DNA from: Emiliania huxleyi CCMP1516
Taxonomy: Eukaryota
Direction: 5' to 3'
DNA: 64,000 nucleotides
Assembly (NCBI RefSeq): GCF_000372725.1
Contig: NW_005201192.1
Span: forward strand, 1-64,000
Shown: positions 11,865 to 19,025 of the stretch, piece by piece
Position numbering within the stretch: position 1 is the first letter of the stretch
Layout of the letters: each line of letters opens with the position of its first letter
The notes under the pieces: generated by a model
The model's database searches: none
Seen by the model: only the letters and a program-made list of their open reading frames with translations
Told to the model about the DNA's origin: nothing
Translations under genes and position numbers: made by a program

Positions 11865-13217
11865 CTACCACGCATTTTCAACAATCAAGGACAGTCGCCT
11901 TCTTCTGCCACCTTCAAGTGAGCGGGTCATCCGCCCAAAACCTGCGAGACCCGGCGTATATAGGGTGTGAACAGGTGGTGTGAACAGCGTCTCCTCCCCC
12001 CCACGGCGCAAGGTCGGTCGGGTCGGTCGGGTCGGTCGGGTCGGTCGGGTCCGATGCTCGGTCGGGTCGGTCGGGTCGGTCGGGTCCGATGCTCGGTCGG
12101 TCGGTCGGGTCCGATGCTCGGTCGGGTAGCACACCCCTTCGCACCACCAACAGAGCGCACGATACTGCGCGCGGCGCGGCCTTGTGCTTGGCGACGGCGC
12201 GGCTCTTGGGCTGGAAGGACATAACCCCTCGGTCGTCATCAGCTTGTGCACGCCAGCGATGCCCTCCTGGTACTGCAGCGCCTCCTCCAGCGTGGAGCGA
12301 GCCGGCATGCGGCGGCCCATGCCGTCGCGGTACGGATCGAGCTCCGCCTTGGCGGTCGCCTCGGGCACGCCCAGCAGCACGAGCGACTCGCCGAGCTGGT
12401 TCAGGAGCGAGTAGTAGACGTCGTCGCTCGAGACGCACACGTTCTTGTGCTCGACGGTGTTGCGGACGGTGCGAAAGGAGCCCTTGCCGTCGATGGCCGC
12501 CTTCCGCTGCGCCGCGTCGAAGGCGCTGCAGTTCTGCACGCACGCGCACAGCGCGGTCAGGTCCCAGTGGTCGACGCCGTCGAGCACCGTGTGTGGAAAG
12601 TTGATGAAGAGCGCCGCCGTGCGCTCCCAGCGAGGCATGCTGCGGTACTCGTCGCGCTCCTTGCGGCCGGTGGGCACGTTCTTGGAGATGAAGAGCGTGC
12701 CGCTCTCGTGCACGTACTCGTGGAGGAGGACGGCGTAGCGCCGGAAGGCCGCCGCGTCCTCCGGGTCCGGGTCTGTGTCGCGAAGCCACTCTGCGCTCAT
12801 TTTGGCGTCGAGCTCCGCCTGGACGCGCTGCATGACCTGCTTCACGATCACGCGGAGCAGTGGAGCGACGACCTTCTCCGCCGCCTCGCTCACCTGCCGC
12901 ATCACGTCCTCCGCCCGCTGCGCCTGCTTCTCGTTCCGAAGCAGCCTCGCCGCGCGAGACGCCGTCGCCGCGGAGAGCCGGAGCGCCTCGTCCTCCGCCG
13001 CCGACTGCAGAACAAGCCCCTCCTCCGACGCTGCCTCCGCTTGCTCCGCCGCTCCCTGGTCGACAGCGGCGTGATCCCGAGCGGTGCCGTCTCGCCCTCC
13101 TTGGCCGGCATGCATCCGCTCCATCTGCACGGGTGTCGCAACCGGAGCAAGGGTGACGAAAGCCTCTGGCTCCCAGCTCGCCTTCGCCTCAGACTTGGCT
13201 GGCACGAGTAGTGCCAT
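11865..13217 (-). CDS. Putative HEPN-domain protein (DZIP3/Swt1-like); 3' end runs into a simple repeat
   Basis: ATG at 13217 (MALLVPAK). Helical region with HWDLTALCACV followed by RTVRNTVEH (RNxxxH = Rx4H). Coding character is lost after ~12130. Confidence 0.6.
   Translation of the reverse strand: MALLVPAKSEAKASWEPEAFVTLAPVATPVQMERMHAGQGGRDGTARDHAAVDQGAAEQAEAASEEGLVLQSAAEDEALRLSAATASRAARLLRNEKQAQRAEDVMRQVSEAAEKVVAPLLRVIVKQVMQRVQAELDAKMSAEWLRDTDPDPEDAAAFRRYAVLLHEYVHESGTLFISKNVPTGRKERDEYRSMPRWERTAALFINFPHTVLDGVDHWDLTALCACVQNCSAFDAAQRKAAIDGKGSFRTVRNTVEHKNVCVSSDDVYYSLLNQLGESLVLLGVPEATAKAELDPYRDGMGRRMPARSTLEEALQYQEGIAGVHKLMTTEGLCPSSPRAAPSPSTRPRRAQYRALCWWCEGVCYPTEHRTRPTDRASDPTDPTDPTEHRTRPTRPTRPTRPTLRRGGEETLFTPPVHTLYTPGLAGFGRMTRSLEGGRRRRLSLIVENAW
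12012..12126. repeat. Tandem repeat (GGTCGGTCG)n with GGTCCGATGCTC interruptions
   Basis: Directly visible. Confidence 0.9.
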
Positions 13218-13243
13218 GGACCCAGCACCCGTCCTAGATCCGA

Positions 13244-13325
13244 GTCTAGATCTAGGTCTAGGTCTAGGTCTAGGTCTAGGTCTAGGTCTAGGTCTAGGTC
13301 TAGGTCTAGGTCTAGGTCTAGGTCT
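13244..13325. repeat. Hexamer microsatellite (TCTAGG)n, ~13 copies
   Basis: Directly visible just upstream of the HEPN ORF start. Confidence 0.95.
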
Positions 13326-13400
13326 GGGCCTGGGTCGGACGGGTGTCGGACGGGTGTCGGACGTCGGGCCCGGATCGAGGGTGGATGGAGGTAGGACGGA

Positions 13401-13479
13401 GGTGGACGGATGGGAGGGGGTCCGTCCACCTGCGTTTTCCCGTGGAAGGAGCTTGTTCACACCTCTTCCACGGGGAAAA
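13401..13479. other. Two adjacent inverted repeats (stem-loops)
   Basis: GGTGGACGGA-N10-TCCGTCCACC (13401-13430). TTTTCCCGTGGAAG-N16-CTTCCACGGGGAAAA (13435-13479). Confidence 0.8.
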
Positions 13480-13564
13480 ATGACCCTTTTCTACAGGGGT
13501 GGACGGTGGAGGTGGATGGTCGCTCAAAAACTTTTTTTTCAACTTCTCCCTACCTCAGATTTTT

Positions 13565-13816
13565 CTAAGTACTTTTATACTGAATTTTTCTAAGTACTGT
13601 GGACAAGGTGGATAAATACTCTTGCAACAGAGCGATGGCTATGTCGTAGCCGGGCGGCTGTCCGTACTGCGTGTAGTAGGCGCCCTTTATCGTCGCGACT
13701 GCTGCGCTGAGTGTGTGGGCATTTGGCTTGCGCATACTGCTTCGAACATAGTCGAGCGCGGCAGCGACGTTGTGAGCGTGCAACATGGCAACTGCGTTCT
13801 GGTTGCGGGTCGGCAT
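13565..13816 (-). CDS. Small hypothetical protein (83 aa)
   Basis: ATG in A-rich context (AAAAGATG), normal-complexity sequence, intronless, followed by an AT-rich 3' region. No family recognised. Confidence 0.45.
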   Translation of the reverse strand: MPTRNQNAVAMLHAHNVAAALDYVRSSMRKPNAHTLSAAVATIKGAYYTQYGQPPGYDIAIALLQEYLSTLSTVLRKIQYKST

Positions 13817-14154
13817 CTTTTCTATAACGAGGAAAAAAAAACGAGGACACCGCCCCGCCTTGACCGGCTCAGCGAGGAAAAAAAACGAGGCCTAGGACGT
13901 AAGCTCAGCGGCTCAGCGGCTCAGCGGCTCAGCCCGCGACAGATTTCTTTTCTTTTCTTCGTGCTCGGCGTGCGGCGGCGCTCTGGTGGTGACGTGAGCT
14001 GAGCGACCGAGCGGGAAGCGAGCGACTGTGCGGGCACGCGGCACTCCGCCCTTGCCTCCCCCCCCCCTCCGCCCCCACCACTCGCCACCGACACCGGCGC
14101 TCCCGGTCCCACACGCCCAGCGTCCTGAGCGAGCGAGCGAGCGCTGCGCACAGG

Positions 14155-15141
14155 ATGTCGCCACGCCGAGGGGCAGCTCGACCGCGAGGAGCGGACAAGT
14201 CGCCTTTGCTCCGGCCAGGGCCGTACACGTGGCAGCGGACGTTGTCTCCACTTGCCGCCGCTCGTGCCGGCGACTTGGGAGCACGCGCCGCCGCACAGCG
14301 CAACGCTGACCCCCTCGCCGCTGTGGCCACCCCTCGCCGGTCTCCTAGGATCTCTGCTGCGACCCCCGAGAGACAGACGGGGGGGCAGGGGGGGGAATGG
14401 GCGACGCAGGCCCCCGCGAGCGCGATCTCCCAGCACAGCGAGATCGAGGACGAGGAGCAGGAGGGCGAGGATGCGGAAGCGTCGGGGGAGGATGAGGAGG
14501 AGGATGGGGAGGAGGAGGAGGAGGAGGAGGAGGAGGAGGAGGAGGAGGAGGCACTGGCGGAGGAGGATGGGGGGAGGCAGCCAAGCATGCAGGACTTGTT
14601 CGAGGCGGAGCTGGAGGAAGCGCGGCAGGAGATCACAGCCCTCAAGAACAAGGTGGCGTCTCTCGAGGCGAGCCTCTCGGCCGTGCTGGGACGTGTCGCA
14701 GCCCTCGAGAACGGCGATGCGGAGGAGGCGCAGGCGCAAGATTCCGATATGGAGGAGGCTGCCCCGGCCCCGGCTGCTGCCCCGGCCCCGGCTGCAGCGG
14801 GCCCGCTCGTTCCGCAGATGCCGGAAAACGCCCCGGCCCTGGCTGCAGCAGGCCCGCTCTCGCCGCAGACGCCGCCAGATCTCGACCTCACGGACGCGCA
14901 GCGCTCCTTTCGTGAGGAGTTCCGGCTGCAGCAGCAGAACGACCTACTCTCCAACTACACCTTCGTCGGTTCGGACGGACGTGGTGGCATCTACCTCGAA
15001 AAAAACGTTGTCACGGAGGACGGCGTGGAGGAATCCGTCCGCTTCCGCATCCGCCGGTTCACCTCGGTGCCATCGGGGAAGGCGTTCCGCAAGAAGGTGT
15101 ACATGGCTTGGTCGGCGTCCGTTGCTAACCCGCGTAACTAG
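14155..15141 (+). CDS. Hypothetical acidic coiled-coil protein (328 aa)
   Basis: Poly-Glu tract, heptad segment LEEARQEITALKNKVASLEASLSAVLGRVAALE, and a globular-looking C-terminal ~65 aa. Confidence 0.6.
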   Translation: MSPRRGAARPRGADKSPLLRPGPYTWQRTLSPLAAARAGDLGARAAAQRNADPLAAVATPRRSPRISAATPERQTGGQGGEWATQAPASAISQHSEIEDEEQEGEDAEASGEDEEEDGEEEEEEEEEEEEEEALAEEDGGRQPSMQDLFEAELEEARQEITALKNKVASLEASLSAVLGRVAALENGDAEEAQAQDSDMEEAAPAPAAAPAPAAAGPLVPQMPENAPALAAAGPLSPQTPPDLDLTDAQRSFREEFRLQQQNDLLSNYTFVGSDGRGGIYLEKNVVTEDGVEESVRFRIRRFTSVPSGKAFRKKVYMAWSASVANPRN

Positions 15142-15146
15142 GCTGC

Positions 15147-15332
15147 CTATCGCTTCACACTGCGCTTCTTGCGCTTAGCCGCCGCTCGCTTCTTGGCCGC
15201 CGCCTTGGCCTCGGCTGTGAGAACCCAGCGCTTAGTTTTATGTCCTGTCGATCTGCTCACAGAGGATTTCAGCTTGTATCTTCCTCGAACTGTTCCTGGT
15301 TTAACTCCTTTCGTGCTTTTTGGTGCTGGCAT
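15147..15332 (-). CDS. Small, highly basic protein (61 aa), putative nucleic-acid binder
   Basis: MPAPKSTKGVKPGTVRGRYKLK...AKAAAKKRAAAKRKKRSVKR. Lys/Arg-rich. Converges on the 14155-15141 ORF with a 5-bp gap. Confidence 0.5.
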   Translation of the reverse strand: MPAPKSTKGVKPGTVRGRYKLKSSVSRSTGHKTKRWVLTAEAKAAAKKRAAAKRKKRSVKR

Positions 15333-15589
15333 GTGTACTATGAAGGTCTGTGTGTGATACATAGAGGTAGGAAAAAAATCAAGCGCCCTCCGTGAGTCAG
15401 ACCAGTCACCACACCGAAGAGGTCGAAAGTGACTGCTTCCGCGTAAGGAGGGTCGTCCACAGGGCCGTCGGTGGAAAACACTTTCCACTCTTTCCACTCG
15501 AGACGTTCGTGTAGGAGAGTCACCCGGCTCGAACCCATCCCGAACATATAACGGGATAGTTAGAAAAAACGAGCCGGGTCAGAGAGCCT

Positions 15590-15646
15590 CACTAGGACCT
15601 GCACTAGGACCTGCACTAGGACCTGCACTAGGACCTGCACTAGGAC
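15590..15646. repeat. 12-bp tandem repeat (CACTAGGACCTG) x~4.7
   Basis: Directly visible immediately downstream of the recombinase-RuvC stop codon. Confidence 0.9.
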
Positions 15647-15664
15647 TTGGACTCTTCTCTGAAT

Positions 15665-18600
15665 TCACATCGCCTCGTACTCACCGACTGCCAACGAGAA
15701 GCCGCTCTGCACGACGAGCTGGTGCAGCAGGATGCAGACGGCGTCGGTTGCGTCCTTACAGGCCGGCGGAGGGATGCGAAAGCGCTCGAGCAGCGACTCG
15801 CCCTTGCGCGGGAAGGATTTTTTCCAGCTCGATGAATTCACCTCAGACGATCGCCCGGCGCCAGCCTGGTACGCTGCCGCGTGCGCCGCCCCCCGCATGT
15901 AGGACGAGGTGTCGGCGCCCGATGCCGTCCCGGCAGCAAACCGATATGGCTCGACGAACACCTCCTTAGCGCCCCTGAGCATCGGCACGAGCATCTCGAT
16001 AGCGGAGCCGACGCGGATGTCTTGGCGTGACTTGTCGGCCGCGGCTCGAGGCTTGAAGGAGGTCTGCTGCACGCGTGTGATGTCGTTCGACACGACGGTG
16101 GCGACGGCGACGCCGTATCGCGAGTCCGTGATGCCCGGGTCGAGCGCCACGAAACGCTGCTGCGCCGGCTGCGTCGGTGGAGGGGGCGCAACCGGTGCCG
16201 GCGGTGCCAATGCGGGGTCGGGAGAGGTGGTGCCGCTGGCGTCGATGCCCGCCTGGAGCGCCTCGAGCACGGCGGAGTCGTATTTGAACGTCTCCTTGGC
16301 GTTCGACACGCCATAGACGAAGCGAAGCATCTCCGCGCGCAGCTGCTTGTCGACGTCTTTCGCCCACTGTGCCTTGCGCGCGACGGACTGCTTGTTGTGC
16401 AGCACGTGTCGGAGCAGATGCGGCCGCGGCACGGTCTCGCCGTCGGCGATCGTCAACGTGAGCGCCTTGTAGAGGATGTCGCGCTGGTAGCACAAGCGCT
16501 GCCGGCGGTTGTCGTCCGAGACGTTTTTCGGCTTAGGCTTGCAGCCGCTAAACTCGAGAGGCAGCCATTGGTGTACAAAGCGACCGACGATCTCGCCCAG
16601 CGTCCCGTCGGTCGTGAGGAACGAGAACTTGCTGTCGATGATCGCCTGCGTCGTCACTAGCGGTGCCTCGCCGCCTCCTCCTCCGCCGCCACCCTCGCCG
16701 CCTCCTCCGCCGCCGCCACCCTCGCCGCCTCCTCCTCCGCCGCCACCCTCGCCGCATCCGCCGCCGCCACCCTCGCCGCCTCCTCCGCCGCCACCCTCGC
16801 CGCCTCCGCCTCCCTCGCCACCTCCGCCTCCGCAGCCCTCGCCGCCTCCTCCGCCGCCACCCTCGCCGCCTCCTCCGCCGCCACCCCTCGCCGCCTTCTC
16901 CACCCTCGCCCGCTTCGACGACGGCTTGTCGACTGCAGCCTCGCCCGGCCGTAGCTGCGGCAGCTCGCCCGGCCGTAGCTGCGACAGCGAAAAGGTCTGC
17001 GCCGCGTCCTCGGAGTCCGACCACTCGCCCCTCGCCTTCAGCTCCCGCACGCAGAGCTCGACGGCCTCTTCGTTGCACGCGTCTGCCGCCCTCTCGGCCT
17101 CGCAATCCCTCACCGACGCGTCGAGCTCCCAGGGCGTCAGGTAGAGCCGCGCGCCCGTGCGCAGGCTTTCGGAGAGTGGCGTGGCCATGCCCAGCAGCGC
17201 GCGCGCGGCTCTCTCGTCGATTCCTTTCGCTCGAGAGACGATGTCGGAGCGCTCGAGGTCACTCAGCTGGTTGCTCTCCCACGCAGCTTGGATCTTCTCA
17301 GCGTCGTCGCCGGAGAGAAGGATCCGGCCTTGCTTGTCGAGCAGCTTCTCCACGCCGCGCAGGCTCGCCTTGAGCAACTTATCGTTGGCGAAACGATGCG
17401 AAGCGGGGATGAGAACCGTGTCGCCGAGGCGGATCTCCTGCGTCTCATAGTGGGCGAGCCGCTCATCGATCGTCTTGAGAAAGGAGTGGCCGCCAAAGCT
17501 CAGGTCCATGATGCTGCCGACCAACTTGTACGCGTCTGCTGGCGTCGGGGAGTCCTCGGTGATCATCAGCGCCGCGGAGTAGATGCGCGCGCGCGACATG
17601 ACGACCGCCACCTTCATCAGGTACATGCTCGTCTCGAAGAAGTGCGTGACGCTCTTGAACGAGGAGTCCTTGCCCGCAACCTGGAACGCGCGGAAGGCGT
17701 CGCAGTACGGCTTCGACAGCCCCCAGAGGATGAGCTCGGTCATCTCGTCGTCGTGCTCGGTCAACAGCTCCGTGAGCGCGCAGAGAGAGGCGGCCTGCGT
17801 GGGGTCGTCGCCGAGGTAGTGCGCAATCAGCTGCGTGGGGCGCCCGTGCATTGTGTAGTAGTTCTGGTCGCGCCGGCCCTCGCGGTTGTGTTCGGCGATA
17901 CGAGCGCCGTCGGCGTCCGAACAGTCGGGGTTGGCGCTCGTGTGCATCACGTTTAACTGCCGGAGCGCCTTGACGACGCCCCCCTCCACGGACATCCCGA
18001 GCTCCCTTGCAGCATCGCGCAGAGGCTCACTGTACAAGGAGTCGACAAACTCCGACGGCTTGTTGACAGCGCTCGCCAAGGCGGGCCAGTCGACCTTGGC
18101 CTGCTTGTTGTCCCGCCAGCCGGGGGGGGCGAGGTTGGCGAACTCCTTGCCGTGCTGGTACAGGCGCAGGAGGCCGGTTGCGAAGAGCGGACAGAGCGGT
18201 GTGACGCGCGCGGGGATGAGGTTGAGCGGCGCGTGGGACTGGTCGTTCTTGGAGCGGTGGTGCAGAGAGAGGCAGGCCGGCTGCCGACAGTAAGCCGCGT
18301 GCTTGAAAAGCGGAGCGGAGTATTGCTCGCCGGATCCGAACGCTGGGCGGAAGGTCGTGTGGCCGTAGTCCTGCGACACCATCAGGAGCTGCGCGCGCGG
18401 CCCGACGAGCGCAAAGCAGAGGTACTGCCACTGCTGGATCCACTTGTAGCGAGCGGCGGCCGAGTCTGCGGTGTCGGCCAACTCGAGGCACTCTTCCGCC
18501 AAGCGGTGCGCGTCCGAGTACGAGAGGGAGGCGTCGAGGCGGCAGAGCGCACTCTTGTCCTGCGACTCTTTGTGCGCTCGGTCACCCTTCTGTGCGGTCT

Positions 18601-18967
18601 TGTACATCTTGTTGAAGGCGTCCACACTTGAGAGCCACCCCGCCGGCATGCTGGTGAGGAGCACCTTGCAAAAGACGTGCCGCCAGCCGGAGATGATGCA
18701 CCGGCAGTGGCTGACGGTCACCCGCGGGGGGCTGTTCTGCAGAACATACCCCCGCGCCGTCCAGATGCCGGTGAGGCGCGAGAGTTCGGCGACGAGCGGC
18801 GCCGAGCGCCACTCCTCCCATCCGCAGTTCGCGCCGATGCGCTGCGCCCACTCCTCTACCGTCTCCCCCCGGGCCGGCCCGACCTCCTGCAGCGCGCGGA
18901 GGCCCCGTCGGAGCTTGTCGTCGCCCCCCGGGGCCGCGGCGGCGTCGCCGACTCGAGACTCTTCCAT
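15665..18967 (-). CDS. Tyrosine recombinase (Crypton/Ndc10- or protelomerase-like) fused to a C-terminal RuvC-like Holliday-junction resolvase
   Basis: Intronless ORF; likely ATG at 18967 (MEESRV). YR catalytic order: VGPRAQ (R), HRSKND (K), LCPLFATG, VVKALRQ (K/HxxR), IAEH (H), QNYY (Y). Then a Gly-rich linker and a possible GCR1_C-like segment. RuvC motifs: FVALDPG, VFVE, SSWKK, KDATDAVCI. Confidence 0.7.
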   Translation of the reverse strand: MEESRVGDAAAAPGGDDKLRRGLRALQEVGPARGETVEEWAQRIGANCGWEEWRSAPLVAELSRLTGIWTARGYVLQNSPPRVTVSHCRCIISGWRHVFCKVLLTSMPAGWLSSVDAFNKMYKTAQKGDRAHKESQDKSALCRLDASLSYSDAHRLAEECLELADTADSAAARYKWIQQWQYLCFALVGPRAQLLMVSQDYGHTTFRPAFGSGEQYSAPLFKHAAYCRQPACLSLHHRSKNDQSHAPLNLIPARVTPLCPLFATGLLRLYQHGKEFANLAPPGWRDNKQAKVDWPALASAVNKPSEFVDSLYSEPLRDAARELGMSVEGGVVKALRQLNVMHTSANPDCSDADGARIAEHNREGRRDQNYYTMHGRPTQLIAHYLGDDPTQAASLCALTELLTEHDDEMTELILWGLSKPYCDAFRAFQVAGKDSSFKSVTHFFETSMYLMKVAVVMSRARIYSAALMITEDSPTPADAYKLVGSIMDLSFGGHSFLKTIDERLAHYETQEIRLGDTVLIPASHRFANDKLLKASLRGVEKLLDKQGRILLSGDDAEKIQAAWESNQLSDLERSDIVSRAKGIDERAARALLGMATPLSESLRTGARLYLTPWELDASVRDCEAERAADACNEEAVELCVRELKARGEWSDSEDAAQTFSLSQLRPGELPQLRPGEAAVDKPSSKRARVEKAARGGGGGGGEGGGGGGGEGCGGGGGEGGGGGEGGGGGGGEGGGGGCGEGGGGGGGGEGGGGGGGGEGGGGGGGGEAPLVTTQAIIDSKFSFLTTDGTLGEIVGRFVHQWLPLEFSGCKPKPKNVSDDNRRQRLCYQRDILYKALTLTIADGETVPRPHLLRHVLHNKQSVARKAQWAKDVDKQLRAEMLRFVYGVSNAKETFKYDSAVLEALQAGIDASGTTSPDPALAPPAPVAPPPPTQPAQQRFVALDPGITDSRYGVAVATVVSNDITRVQQTSFKPRAAADKSRQDIRVGSAIEMLVPMLRGAKEVFVEPYRFAAGTASGADTSSYMRGAAHAAAYQAGAGRSSEVNSSSWKKSFPRKGESLLERFRIPPPACKDATDAVCILLHQLVVQSGFSLAVGEYEAM

Positions 18968-19025
18968 GTGAGACGGCGTGTGATACGAGACGGCGGGCAG
19001 TGGTGGACCTGCAACACACACATAC

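Noticed and set aside
13218..13460. N-terminal PRPRPR extension of the HEPN ORF
   Set aside because: It is a translation of the (TCTAGG)n microsatellite; the plausible ATG is at 13217.
15665..16160. RuvC domain as TnpB/Fanzor/Cas12-type RNA-guided nuclease
   Set aside because: The domain is contiguous and compact, with a DxxD end and no zinc finger or bridge-helix/REC insertions, so it fits a classical Holliday-junction resolvase better.
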